This document shows, piece by piece, positions 48,621-62,894 of a stretch of DNA of 64,000 nucleotides. A model generated the notes under the pieces. It searched no databases, was not told the DNA's origin, and was given only the letters and a program-made list of their open reading frames with translations. Source of the DNA: Octopus sinensis (Eukaryota); assembly GCF_006345805.1 (NCBI RefSeq), contig NC_043007.1:41168001-41232000 (forward strand), given 5' to 3'. Every line of letters begins with the position of its first letter. Within the stretch, counting starts at the first letter, position 1. The translations under genes were made by a program, and so were the position numbers.

Positions 48621-50422
48621 AATATATATATATATAAAAGTCAGGTTGTGTGTGACTGTGCAAGCCTGCATAACTTCTAAAGTTCAGAACTGATTTTGCT
48701 CAAACTGGGAACATACATTACTTATGTTCCAGAAATGATTTTAGACTCTTAAAATTTTTCACATAAAGAGTAACAAGCCCTCTGGAAGCAGAAAATATCC
48801 TTTCTTGGGTTACATGGATAAGGGAGGTAACTCTTTGCAAAGTAACTTTCAGTAACTGATTGTCTCCCTTACATCCAGTGCAATTAATCTGATGAACGTT
48901 TTTCAGCTTAAGATAATGATATGAATGTTTTTCATTGACATTTCATTATGAACATAAAAGTGTAATCTCAGCTCATTGTATGTATTTCTTAAAGTTTGCT
49001 AAGATATTGATATTATTTCCCTTTTTTATTGACATTTCATTATTAATGTACAATTATCATCTTATTTTATTATATCATATTTCGTGACATTGGTCAAAAA
49101 ATTATCACAATTTGAATTGGGTGTGTGGAAGAGCAATACTGGCTCCAAAAAACAGCACTATAAGTAAAATTAATGGGCAGCTGCAGCAGTACCTTCCTGG
49201 AAGTCCTCACATCTATAAGTCAGGTGGTACAATCCCAGATCCAGAAGAGGTGGTAAATTATTCAACAGAATTTCTCAATTCATTGGAGCCTCCATGACTA
49301 CCTCTCCACAGATTGAAGCCTAAATACCCACCAACACTCTGCAATGGGACATGCCTGATGGTAAAGAAGATAATGCCACATGTTATTGAGGCCACCATTC
49401 TCTCTGGATGAGGAAAAGGAGAGGATGCTTTCATACCCAGGATTCTTCTCATTCCATCTGGAGGAGAAGTTCCTTTTTCATTCAGAAGAGTGCAATTTCC
49501 TATTCTTATCAGCTTCACAATGTCTATCAATAAATCCCAGGGTCAAACACTGTCTGTGGTAGGACTTTGCTTGGAAACATCATGTTTCTCACTTGGGCAA
49601 TTATATGTTGGCTGTTCTAGAGTGGGAAGCAAAAAAAATCTATTTGCATTTGCTCTACAAGGGAAAACAGAGAATATTGTTTACCAAGAGTTTCTGTAGG
49701 AATTACTATATCCTACAATGTGGTCTAGTAACCACTGCTCCTTGTGAATGGTGAAGATTGATACCATTTTAGCATTCCACAGCATAATACCAACAAACCC
49801 AAAGACTGCACCAACAAAGCAGTTTTATGCGTGGACTTCAGTATCAAAGTATATTCTCCAATTACTCCCACCAACCACACCGTAAGCCATTCCACCTTAT
49901 TTTTTCAAGTAATTCGTTACTACATATTCTCATGTGATACATAGCTTCAATTTATGTTTCTTATTCTACAGTCACACCAGCAATCCAATGTCAACCCTTT
50001 GCCTTCTCTAACATTTCAACATTTCACTTCCTCATTGCTGTCTCCCTTGTAGCCCCTTTCCAGAATGTATCCATTTATATACAATATCTCCATTATGTCT
50101 ACATTCATTGGACTGTCAACCATATGATGAGTTGTGTTAGATGCAGTACCTGCTGCCACAAAGGAGTGTATATCCACTGAGAGTTTTTAGTGTGTTCAAA
50201 AATCCCATACCCCATCATCCCCAATTTTCTCTGACAGGTTAGGGCTCGGAATCCACCAAATGGATGCATGACATGTCGCTTAGTCCAATTAGTCCATTAT
50301 TTACTCCACAAATGTTTTGTCATCAATGCTGCACTTTCCCATATCACATATCAACATAATTGCAATATATATGTACAAACTATGCCATCTTAATCCCGAG
50401 CAACACTGGATATCTCTGCTAG
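48621..50422 (+). mobile_element. Second Helitron, internally deleted, with a helicase C-terminal pseudogene (~49110-49699)
   Basis: RAILAPKN, FLNSLEPP, QFPILISFTMSINKSQGQTL, GQLYVGCSRV. 3' end CCCGAGCAACACTGG...CTAG|T. Confidence 0.85.
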
Positions 50423-53404
50423 TATATATATAATTTCAAGTTTTTCGACTTTGCCTTTCATCCTTTCAGGGTCGATAAATAAAATACCAGTTTCGCACTG
50501 GGGTCGATGTAATCGACTTAATCCCTTTGTCTGTCCTTGTTTGTCCCCTCTATGTTTCGACCCTTGTGGGCAGTAAAGAAATATACATATAATTTCAAGT
50601 TTTTGACTTTACAACTTATGCCCCTTTACAATTTGACATTTTTTAATTACAGATTACACAAGGAGTCTAAAGTGACTCTGTTTGAGAGTTCAGCACTCCA
50701 GCTTTTTCTTACCCTGAGCAAGGCTTCTATGACTTTGGGTAATTCACAAATAATTAGTTACACACAACTAATTATTTGCTCATATTTAGTATTTATTCTT
50801 TCTACCTCTCTTTCCCATTCACCAACACCACCACCACCAACAACAACAACAACAAATATATAGGTTTGTGATAATATAAAAATAAAGTAAAATCCTTGTT
50901 TATAACTATATTAAAACTTGCAGCTGGTTAACCTGAAAAGGCTATGGAAATACCAGAAAATAATTCAGTTACTTATCTCATCACCAATGTTGCTACGTGT
51001 CTAAGGTCAACACACTTAATTCTCCACAGTCATCCAAGACAGTAGGGCTTATGAACTGAGGGAGATTTTGGCTCCTATAGAGGAGTGTTGTTGTTGTTGT
51101 TGTGGTGGTGGTGGTGGTGGTGGTGGTGTTGGGGATTGTGGTGGCAATGGCAACGATGGTGGTGGTGACAATAGTGTGATAGTCATTGTGCATATATATA
51201 TAAAATAGGGATTCTAAAAAGGAGCATTGAAAGTAGTAGTCATGGCGGAGGGGGTGGTGTGGGGGGGGTCTCAGCAGTCAAGATTATGATGGTGGTGGTA
51301 CAGGTGGCAGTGAGTAATAGTTGATGTGTGTGTGTCCGCGCACATGTGTTTGTATGAGTGTGTGTGGTGGTGGTGGTGGCAGGGCTGTTGTACTGTTTAT
51401 TTTGCTGGGTGTCAACAGAAAGCTCACCCATCAACAATAATATGAATAACAACAACAACAACAGCAGCAATACAGCTAGAAATAGCAGTTACATTTCCTT
51501 TAAAACACACCCTACTATCTTAAAATAGAACACATTGAATAATGTAATCCAAAGTACACTACGTCTTTTATCTTTAATCTTTTATCTTTTATCTTTTACG
51601 GGTTTCAGTCATTGGACTGTGGCCATGCTGGGGCTCTACCTCCAAGGGTTTAGCTGAAAATTAACACCAGTATCTGTCTTTGAAGTTTGGTACTTATTCA
51701 GTTGGTTAATTTCGCTGAAACACTAAGTTGCAGGGCTGTAAACAAACCAACACCGGTTGTTGAATGATGGGGGACAAACACAGAGACACACACACATGCA
51801 CACACATATACATACACACATAAACACGCACAAACACACACACACAAGTTTTCTCACAGTTTCAGCCTACCAAGTTCATTCACAAGGCATTGGTTGGCCC
51901 AGGGCTACAGTAGAAGACACTTTCTCAATGTGCCATGCAGTGGGGCTGAACCTGAAACCATGGATACAAAATGAGCTTCTTAACCACACAGCTACCCCTG
52001 TGCCTAGCTGAAAAAAATAAAAAGGTGAAGTGGTCATGAGTTGATTGTCATTGATCATAAGTTCACTTGATTGCGACTGATCTGGGACTGAACAAAGTAT
52101 GTTGGTATTTCAGTAAGACACCCTTCTGTGTGATTATCAGACCTGCTAGACATAGCAACCAAGTCTCCTTCAGATCATACTTCTACTTTCTTATAAAAAG
52201 AAGGACAAAGTGAATAATGTACTCCTAAACACACTGTTCCTGCAAACAAGACAGGATGGTCACAGCTGGAAAGTCTTTAATATATAGGAACTTCATTCCA
52301 AATAATAAATAAACATTGAGGCTTTTTTCAATTTTTTTTTTTTTTGGCACAAATTTATTTATTTATAATGTTTAAATACAAAGAAACAGGAGAAAAAAAA
52401 GAAAGAAGAAAAGAAAAAAAACATTGGTTGTTTATTCCTAAGTCAACTCTGAATAAGAAACCTATAAATAAAGACATTCCAGTTCTGACCATTTCTTCTA
52501 TTTAGGTGTGGCTAGAATTTCCTTAACTAATGTATCTGTCCTTTTTTAAGACAGCTGTGTGTGATTTGAGGCAAATTTAGTTACTATTTCTATCGGGTCA
52601 GGCAACTGTTAGAGAGCTCCTTCATTGGCTCAAAGCAATGTTAATTGTTGATGTTGTTTGCCCTAGGTAAGCCTTAATTGAACAGACTTATGATCAAAGG
52701 CATTCCAATCATGACCCTTCCCTGTTTATTATATTCATATTAAGAATTACACAGTCCAATGTGTTATTTGAAAGAAGGATTTAGCTGTTATATATAGCAG
52801 TTTATGTAAGTATGTGCAGGTTCCCTCACTGACTTGAAGCAATGTTTGTTTTAGAAGATGGTGGGTGACTATGGCAAAAATACTGGCACACACCAGACAA
52901 ACAACTTTGTTGTATTCAGGTTGATAAAATAAGTACCAATGATATACTATGGTACATCAAATCAATTGTACCATCCTCTTGTAAATTCTTGACCTAAGAA
53001 ATATTAAGACTGATAAAGAGTGATGAGTTATCAAAAATGGTAGAGTGACATGTTAAACAATAACATTACATATTTAAATTTGACCTTCTTGGTCATGTGT
53101 TCTAATTCTACTTGGCTTAACTTTAATGTTCACCTTTCAAGGGACAATAAAATATTTGTAAGTAATATACTGTGATTGATTCAATCAAATTATATTGGTA
53201 ATCTTGCATAAATTATAAAAATAAATTACATTTGTACTGCTGCATTAAGTGTGATATCTGATTATTCTGTGTTCAAATAAGACCAGGATTGACTCTTATA
53301 TTTTATCTGTGTGTCAAGTGGAAGTTGGTAATGCAATAAATTATATTACCTTCATCTATTATCTTACTCCCTTACAACAATTGGCTATGTATCTGATCAA
53401 TATA

Positions 53405-53788
53405 TCTATTATATACAATCCATTCTGTCTGTCTGTGTGTGTGTCTTCTAGGATCTCAGGTATCTTCCATCCGATTGCACTCAAATTTGATATGTAGATA
53501 CCAATGGTATCAGGGCGTGTATAAGTCTTGAAAAAATTACAAAAATCGATTCCAGGTGAGAATGCAATCAATAAAGCCGTGGGAATGTACATTTGTAAAA
53601 TCGTATTTTTTGGAATAGAAAAAAGTCTATCTTTATTTCTTCTTTTGCTAGTGTCTCAAATTTAGGTTAAATCAGTGTTTCTCGAAGGGGAGGCCTATGG
53701 GACAGTCGGACAAGTTATTTTGAGAAAATTTGGCTTAAATGTCTGACAACTCAGCACCGTCCATTGGATGGGGGGTGGGGGTTGCTCG
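53405..53788 (+). mobile_element. Non-autonomous Helitron-like element, copy 2 of 2
   Basis: Near-identical to 29621-30014, A|TC ... CTCG|T. Confidence 0.65.
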
Positions 53789-54857
53789 TATTAATATATA
53801 ATGTGTGTGTACGTGCCATATGTAACAAGTTACTTTGGTAGCATACTTTAGCCATTGTAGGGAAAAGGGTAAAAACCACCTTTGGAGATGAATGACCATG
53901 GGATTGCACCTAGAAAGTTACCCTTCGAGGCACAAGTCTGGGAAAGGTTGTGTATGGAAGACCAGCAGTTTCCCATGCATACCAGCCTCCCTCTCTATGT
54001 CACCAAAGTTATCCAAGGAAAAGGCAAATACCAATACAGCTTGGCACCAGTGACATTACAACTCATTTCTACAGCTGAATGAACTGGAACAACCTGAAAT
54101 AAAGTGTCTTGCTCAAGAATGCAACACAGCCTGGTCTGGGAATCGAACTCACTACTGTGTGATTATGAGCCCAATGCTCTACCACTGAGCCATGCACAAC
54201 TGTAAATACTCCTAGGAAATAATGTATACATGGTATCAAGCCAGTGATCAACTGGTATTTATTTTATCAACCCAAGAATGGAATTTGAACTCAGAATGTA
54301 AACACAGATGCAATGTCACTACCCATCTTGCCCTATATGCTAATGCCTCTGCCAACTCACCACCTTACATACATACAATAATAGTAATTTTATCTAGCGT
54401 TTTGGTGCTTATACAAAATCATGAAACAAATGCTAATACTAATTGTCAAAAGAACAATATTAATTACAAGAGAATTCTTTTTATTCTTTTACTTGTTTCA
54501 GTTATTTGACTGTGGCCATGCTGGAACACCATCTTGAAGTGTTTTAGTTAAACAAATCAACCCTAGAACTATTTATTAAGCCTGGTACTTATTCTATCAG
54601 TCTCTTTTACTGAACTGCTAAATTATGAGGACATAAACACACCGACAACAGTTCTCAAGTGGTGATGGGGAGACAAACACAGACACAAAGACACACACAC
54701 ATAGATATATGTGGACATAAACACACCAACAACAGTTCTCAAAGACACACACACATAGATATATGAGGACATAAACACACCAACAACAGTTCTCAAGTGG
54801 TGATGGGGAGACAAACACAGACACAAAGACACACACACATAGATATATACATATACA

Positions 54858-56256
54858 TTAGGTTGTTCTGAAAATAATGGCCGCTCTAAGTGTTGTGTTT
54901 TGAAACACAATTTTATCAGTATTTTAATTTCATTTTAGGTGAATTTCAACATACTTAATAATTGATGTATGCTCTTTAATAATTTTCTACTTATTTCAGA
55001 CAGAAAACATTCTTGAAGCATAGGCATCCTTAAGTATGAACATAACAGAAAAGGACCTTTGCTTACTTTTTATTGCATGAGTTCAAGCTTGGGCACAATG
55101 CCTCACAAACTGCTGCCAATATCAACAGAGCATGGGGAGAGGGGTCCACAAGTGATAATAGAGTATGAAGGTGATTTCAGAAATTCCATAGTGGTGATGA
55201 AAGCCTTGAAGATGAAGAAGGTAGAGGACAGTCATGCAGTCTTGATATTGAACAATTGAAAGCAATTGTCGAACAAAACCCACGTCAAAGTGTCAGAGAA
55301 ACGTCTCATGCACTTGGTGTCGGTATTGCAACAGTCTCATGCAATCTGCAGAAGATTGGTAAGGTGAAAAAGCTTGATAAATGGTTACTGCATGAGCTCA
55401 ATGAAAATCGAAAAGTTCTGCATTTTGAAGTGTGCTCGATGCTCTTTCTGCATAACACCAATGATCCTTTTCTTGACAAAATAGGCACTTGTGACAAAAA
55501 GTGGATCCTTTATGATAACCGTAAACAATCAGGTCAATGGCTTGATCATGATGAGTCCCTAAACATTTCCCAAAGCCAAAGTTGCATCAGCAAAAGCTTA
55601 TGGTGACTGTCTGGTGGTCTGCAATTGTTGTCCATTACAGCTTTCTGGAAGCCAATTAGAGCATTACAGCAGAGGTTTACTGCAATCAACTCACTGAAAT
55701 ACAAGTTCACTTTCCAAAAATGAGACCTGCATTCGTGAATCAGTATGGACCAATTCTGCTCCAAGTTAATGCAAAGCCACATGTTGCAAGAATGGCACTG
55801 CAGAAACTCACAGACTTGGGATATGAAACTTTACCACATTCTCCATATTCTCCCAATCTTTCACCCACTGACTACCATTTTTTAAAGCATTTAAACACGT
55901 TTTTAAGTGATAAAACATTCAGGTTTGTTGCGTGGACGCCCCCAGACGATGAAGTAGGCTAGCCCAATATGTAGATATAGAGGGAGAATTCTAGACATCG
56001 AGGAGTTGAGTAGAACTCATCCGAACGTACGATATAACAAGGTTCAAACCAGAGGTGGAAACAATTTTCAAAGATTTCTTGGCATCAAAGCCAATAAGTT
56101 TTTATCAACAAGGCATAAATGATCTTGTTGATCAATGACAAAGATGCATAGATGTTCACGGGTCATGCTTTGACTAATCAAAACATTTCTATTGTTAATT
56201 TTTTCCAGAATAAAATTGTGTTTCTGAAATCAGCCATTATTTTCAGAACAACCTAA
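54858..56256 (+). mobile_element. Full-length decayed mariner (DD34D-type) element
   Basis: TIR TTAGGTTGTTCTGAAAATAATGGC / GCCATTATTTTCAGAACAACCTAA|TA. Transposase relic KLDKWLLHEL, TCDKKWILYDN, LLQVNAKPH, PYSPNLSPTDYH, with frameshifts. Confidence 0.92.
55926..56039. mobile_element. 114-bp solo-LTR-like insertion inside the mariner
   Basis: AGGTT|TGTTG ... TAACA|AGGTT: TG...CA ends with a 5-bp TSD. Removing it restores the mariner frame KTFRFKPEVETIFKDF. Confidence 0.75.
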
Positions 56257-56424
56257 TATATATATGATTCATGATAAACTCATGTTTATCCTTGTCTTTA
56301 CCTATAATTTATGAGCATAATATGCTTACATATGTATGCCCATGGTTAAACATAGTTGATATACCAGTAGGGTAACAGATACTTCTATCCTTTAGACACT
56401 TATTTTAACCCCTAACTCAGCTAA

Positions 56425-56426
<2 letters not shown>

Positions 56427-56484
<58 letters not shown>
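56427..56484. repeat. (TA)n microsatellite
   Basis: Pure TA run. Similar longer compound runs at 22045-22205 and 58050-58242. Confidence 0.95.
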
Positions 56485-56489
<5 letters not shown>

Positions 56490-57499
56490 GAATGAGTAGA
56501 GATGGCTTTTTTGAGAGGATAATTTTTATTTTAATCTTAATTATGATGTTTACAGTGAGTTACTCTGATGCGTGTTTCAAGCTTCTCCTAGTTATTTTCA
56601 AACTGAAAGCTATGTTTTACTGGTTGTTTAATAACAAAAGTATATATACATGTATGTATGTATGTATGTATGTATGTATGTATGTATGTATGCACATATG
56701 TGTGTGTACATGCAAAAGTATAAAAATCAAGAGACATAAAGTCTATAGTTATATGTATATATGTGTGTGTATGTGTGATTATATGCATGTGTGTGTGTGT
56801 ATCCCACCTGTGAGAACTGAATAGGTAACCTTACCACACAGGTCAAATTTGACAAGAACACAAGCATACTGACCTCCTAAATTTTCCATTTGGTAGACTT
56901 AAACCCCCCCCCATTCTCTTGAAAGACTTAAATCCCCCCCCATTCTTAATTACTATTAATCTTATTTTTTATTTTATATTTTATGTTTTATTTTATATAT
57001 TTATTTATTTATTTTCATTTACTTTTTTCTCTTCTCCTTCCCCTTCTTCACCTACTTTCTGCCTTTGTTTTGTTGTTGAAAGCAATCTGAGCAAAATTAA
57101 AGGGGGCCGATTTTGTTTAACTAGATCCATTCTTTCAAATATATATGATACTGTACTAATTCGATCTCATATTTATCATAATATTCTTGGACCCCAGCAG
57201 CCTAAGTTTTTCGATGTTTCACGGTACGCCCACCCTTCCCACCCCCACCATCTGTACCGGAAGTCTCTATCCTCTGACCTGTATCTGATGTCTCTCCCAT
57301 GAACACTTCTAAAGGCTTAACGTGCCTCCATCCCTACTTAGGGTTCATCTCCTATGTAATATAGTGATTATATAGCACATAGAAATGTTGGGGTAGTGTA
57401 TACAGGTTGAAGGCTATGAGCTATGCCAAATGCGAGCTTTCTTTTCAGGTACATGACACTGCTGTGCCCCATCCCAGGGTCTCTTGGGCCCACACCTCC

Positions 57500-57840
57500 C
57501 ACACTCTCAGGGTTGGCACACTATAAGGTAAGTTGGGTGAGATTTTTGAGATGCTTGTAAGGAGACATGTAGATTTGTGCTGCATCCAAGAAGTAAGGTA
57601 GAGTAGGAGTTCTGCCAGGTTCTTCACAGTCAAAAAACATAGGTATAAGATTTTCTGGGTAGGGAACACTGACGGGGTCAACGTGTGGGTATACTTCTTG
57701 CAGAGAAATGGGTTGATAAAGTAATCGAGGTAGTCAGGGTCTGTAATAGAATACATAAGATTAGATTAGTGCTGCAACATGGGTCAGCAACCTTTATCTC
57801 GGCCTATGAACCTTAGCCAGGGCTACCTGATGAACAGAAC
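57500..57840 (+). mobile_element. RTE-like LINE APE endonuclease fragment
   Basis: Translation HTLRVGT...EIFEMLVRRHVDLCCIQEVR, followed by an RTE 3' end at ~57850-58050. Confidence 0.6.
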
Positions 57841-58068
57841 CAACATTTGAGCATGGTCGATGCCAGTACCACCTGACTGGCCCTCATGCCAGGGACACAT
57901 TAAAGCACCTACTACACTCTTGGAGTGGTTGGCATTAGGAAGAGCATCTAGCTGTAGCAACTTTGCCAGATCATGTTGGAACCTGGTGCAGCCTTCTGGC
58001 TCACCATCCAGCCCATGTCAGCATAGAAAGCAGACATTAAACGATGATGATATATATATATGTATATA

Positions 58069-58164
<96 letters not shown>

Positions 58165-58171
58165 TATACAT

Positions 58172-58223
<52 letters not shown>

Positions 58224-61160
58224 GCATGTATATATATATATATAACAGGATTCTTTCAATTTCCTTTTACCAAATACACTCACAAAGCTATGATTGGCCC
58301 AAGGCTATAGTAGAGGACACTTACCCAAGGTGCCATGCAGTGAGACTGAACCTGAAATCATGTGCTTGGGAAGCTTCTGACTACACAGCTACACCTGCAC
58401 CTCGACACAGCCAATTCTTTTTGGGAATAACGCTATAAATAATAGCATGACAATATCAGCTTGGAATTCCTTTGGGATTGAAAAAGTTGAAGGTTGTCCG
58501 GTGCTTCAAGATATTCTCCAAAAGAAATATTAATTATCTCAAAATAGAATTAAATAAAACAAATTTCTCATTCATATAACTCCTCCCTTGACTACTCTGT
58601 CATTTACTTTATCCCCTCCTCCTGCCAGGAAGCCTAGTATGTACACTCATCCTGCACCTCATGTTAACTCTGTCTGTATCCTCCTATTACTCTCTTCTCC
58701 TCTCTCTATACAATGTAAAATATGACTGGAGAAATCAACCAACCAACAAACCAAACAAGCAAATAAACAATCAATCAACACTTTGTTTGTCAGTCAATTT
58801 GACACTTAACAAACATTGATTGTTCATGCATGGAACTGTTTGCATAACTTATGAAGAACAGATTAATGAAAAGGTTACAGAGACGTGATGCCTAACTGGA
58901 ATTAGTGTTTCTTATGAAGGCATCACCGTGATCACCGTGACCGACCAGGCAATCAGATGTTGCTACACATCGCTGGCCACAATGCGCTTCGCATTGTTTT
59001 AGCCTTCAAATGATGCCACCCCGCTGGCTAAGCGAGCAGGCCAACAGAAGAAAGAGTGAGAGAAAGTTGTGGCAAAAGAGTACAGCAGGGATGCCCCCCC
59101 CCCCTGCTGGAGCCTCGTGGAGCTTTAGGTGTTTTCGCTCAATAAACACTCACAATGCCCGGTCTGGGAATCGAAACCGCAATCCTACGACCGCGAGTCT
59201 GCTGCCCTAACCACTGGGCCATTGCGCTGCCACATGAAGGCATATGACCAACTATTTTGGAAGAGAGGACTGGTGATAATATCAATTTAATATTTGACCA
59301 GTACTTTATTTTATTGACCCCCCTAAGGCAAAATTGAACTCAAAATGGTAATAAGATTTGGAATAAATAACCACAAGGCATTTTGTCCAATGGTCCAGAG
59401 CAGAGAATATAGGCAGCACTGGCAAGGATCATGCTCAAATGGTGCTTTTAACATTCCACTGGCATTGGTGCCAGTCAGGTGGTACTGTCATCAGCCACGA
59501 CAATGATTTCATTTGCTTCAACAGGTCTTCGCAAGCGAGACAACTGCACTGGTATGGTCGTGTGTTGTGAATGGATAAGAACAGTTGTGTGAAAATGTGC
59601 CATACCCTAGCAGTTGAGGGAAGTGGATCCAGGAAGACTTGGGCTGAGGTGGTGAAGCATGACCTTCAAAAATTGAGCCTCTCCAAGACAGTGACAACTG
59701 ATGCTTATTATGTCCAACTTTTCTCCAGAGCAGAGAATATAGAGAGCTCATGAGTGATGCAATGAACAGCAAGCAAGGAAGTGGGGGTATGGACAACGGT
59801 GAAAATCAGTTTGGAGGAAGGTGAAGGAAATTGGAGTGGGTCAAGGAGGAGGAGGAGCTCATAACTGGCATACAAAAAAGTGGTGGAGAGCAATATGAAG
59901 AGTATGGGAGAGGGAGAGGTGTTCAGGGACAAGGGTGGAGATCCAAGATTATGTATGAGTGAATACATCTTTTAATCTTACATTTATTTTGCTTCAGTCA
60001 TTTGACTGTGGCCATGCTGGAGCACTGCCTCAAAGGGTTTTAGTCAAACAAATTGACTGGGATATATAACTATTTTAACCCTGGTACTTAATATATCATT
60101 CTCTTTTGCCAAACTGCTAGGTTACAGGGACATAAGCACACCAACGCTGGTTGTCAAGCAGTGTTTGGGTGCAAGCACAGACCCAGAGACACACACATAG
60201 GTATATATATATGGGAAAATGTTGTCTTACTTGGAAACAGCTGGAGATAGGCGATAAGAAGGGCATCTGACTAGAAAACCTGCTTCAACAAATTTCGTCT
60301 GACCCATGCAAGCATGGAAAAGTGGACGTTAAAATGGGGATTACGATGATGAGAAGGGCACATTCTCAATACTTTCATACTTCATAACTAAATATATATA
60401 TATATATACCCAGTCATGAAGATATTCAGTCAGAAACACACATGCACATGTACAAACACACAAATACACACACACACACAAACACATACAAAGATTTCTT
60501 CTCTTTTGAATTTTTCCACCTTGAAACAGGTTGTGTGGGTGGTGGCGAAGGAAGACAAACTCTGTCAAACACCAAATAGTCTACTCCACCCTTCACCACC
60601 AGAAAATCCAGTATCAATCCTCTTTACTACCCCACATACCATATTTGTCACTCTTCTTTCAATAGTACTGCACCACCACCACCACCTCCACCACCACTAC
60701 CCCTGTTGTCCACCTCCCAGCTCTAACCCCAGTTTGTCTTATACCCCCAACCACCACCACCACCACCACCACCACCACCAACGTACCACAATGACTACCA
60801 CCTCAACCACGATCACTACTATCACCACCACCACTGCCAGACTACAACTACTACCACTACCACCAAAACTTCTATAACTACCACTTCCACTTCCACCCCA
60901 CCCACCAACCCCAACTACTACAACCATATCCACCATCACTAGTACTACTGTCTCGGCCACTACCCTCACCCAGCTATCCCATCATTCAACTCACAGAGTG
61001 GTCAGTCAAGAGTCGGATTTAAACGGAAACAAGGACAATAATGGCTACAGGGATTATTTTACTACTTATTATAACACAGGTAAGGGTCTTGCTTTTTTTA
61101 ACGATGGAAGTAGAGGTTGTGAAGGTGGTAGTGTAGGTTGTGATGATGATGATAGTGGTA

Positions 61161-61191
<31 letters not shown>

Positions 61192-61850
61192 TGGTGGTGG
61201 TGGTGGTGGTGGTGGTGTGGTGTGGTGTGGTGGTGGTGGTGGTGGTGGTGGTAGTGGTGGACATGGTGGTGGTGGTATTGCACTTTGCAACTAAGAATTC
61301 TCAGGTTCAATCCCACATTGTGGCATGTTGGGAAAGTGCTTTTATCTGCACTGGCCATAGTAATGGTGGTGGTGGTGGTGCTATATGTAAGTAGCATGAT
61401 GTTGGCTGAGTACATTCTTCCATGGTGATGTCCTTTGTTTTTTGTTTTTTTTTAATTACTCAGGTGAGGAAGGAAGGAAGGAAGGAAAGGCAGCACAGGA
61501 GTTCTAAGGCTGGAATGTAGAAAAGAAGATATTTCCAAATCTGGCCCAAATGCTAATGCCAGAATACACACTACTAAAGAACCAGCCAGCAGATTAAGTT
61601 TACTATCCAGGTTGGCTATGGAAGGATTTGAATTCAGAACGTAATTAGCCAAACCAAATATCACAGGGCAATAGTTCAGCCAATCCATTGCACTATACTG
61701 ATACTATATTTTATTTCTGGGCATTGGCATATCAAAGCTTTGATGCCCAGCACCTGAGTTGATAGAAGACCTCAAAGTTAACTACCATTTTTCCAGCAAT
61801 AACTTTGGTCACCTTTTTTTTAATTCAATATCTCTTCCATAGACATGATT

Positions 61851-62077
61851 ACTCTTTTACTTGTTTCAGTCATTTGATTGCAGCCATGCTGGAGCACCTC
61901 CTTTAGTCGAGTAAATCGACCCCAGGACTTATTCTTTGTAAGCTTAGTACTTATTCTATTGGTCTCTTTTGCTGAACTGCTAAGTTACGGGGATGTAAAC
62001 ACACTAGCATCGGTTGTCAAGCGATGTTGGGCGGGGGAGACACAAACACAGACACACAAACATATACACACACACAT

Positions 62078-62122
<45 letters not shown>

Positions 62123-62280
62123 TACGACGGGCTTCTTTCAGTTTCCGTCTACCAAATCCACTCACAAGGCTTTGGTTGGCCTGAGACTATAGTAGAAGAC
62201 ACTTGCCCAAGGTGTCATGCAGTGGGACTGAACCCGGAACCATGTGGTTCATAAGAACTACTTACCACACAGCCACTCCT
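61851..62280 (-). mobile_element. Full-length tRNA-derived SINE, family A
   Basis: Reverse complement of 42914-43319. Confidence 0.85.
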
Positions 62281-62289
62281 ATGTGATTA

Positions 62290-62670
62290 TAAAACTAAAA
62301 AATACATACAGCATCCATGACTTTTGGAAAAAGTTATCGAATCTTGGAATTGTCAAAGCATGGAACTTAAGTCAGATGTTAGCTGTCAGGACCCTGTATC
62401 CTTCAAAAGTTCCGTTCTTCCCCAAATTCACCAACACTACTCCTGATACCCTTTCTTCTTTAAGGTTCTTTTACTGTTTATTTTTCTGTCTTTTTGTATT
62501 TTATACAGTGTACTATGCATGTACTACTAGCTTTCATTGCTGTCTCTTTTTATTTTACTTATATGTCTGCTTTCTGTTCCCTATTTCCACTCTGTTTGAC
62601 TAACTGTGGTGCACCTGGGCACTGTATACAATAAGATCATTATTATTATTATTATAATTATTATTATTAT
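62290..62670 (+). mobile_element. Possible CR1/L2-like LINE 3' end with an (ATT)n tail
   Basis: IVKAWN peptide resembles the CR1/L2 C-terminal WN motif, then a T-rich UTR and (ATT)n. Confidence 0.35.
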
Positions 62671-62753
62671 CAGTACCACCACCACCACCACCACCACCAC
62701 CATCACCATCACCACCACCACCACCACCACCACCACCACCACTACTACTACCA

Positions 62754-62837
<84 letters not shown>

Positions 62838-62846
62838 ATAATAATA

Positions 62847-62894
<48 letters not shown>

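Noticed and set aside
45347-49699. Host PIF1 helicase gene next to POLD1
   Set aside because: In-frame stops and frameshifts, no splice structure, duplicated motifs from two elements and Helitron termini show these are transposon relics.
50800-51480. Possible exons in (ACC)n/(AAC)n-rich sequence
   Set aside because: No consistent splice sites or recognisable protein could be supported.
57860-58438. Long YI/YIC-repeat ORFs (also 21943-22279)
   Set aside because: Translations of (TA)n/(TG)n microsatellites plus SINE or LINE tails.
61019-61415. Poly-Pro/His/Thr/Val/Gly ORFs in several frames
   Set aside because: (GGT)n/(CCA)n low-complexity DNA is open in most frames, with no domain signal.
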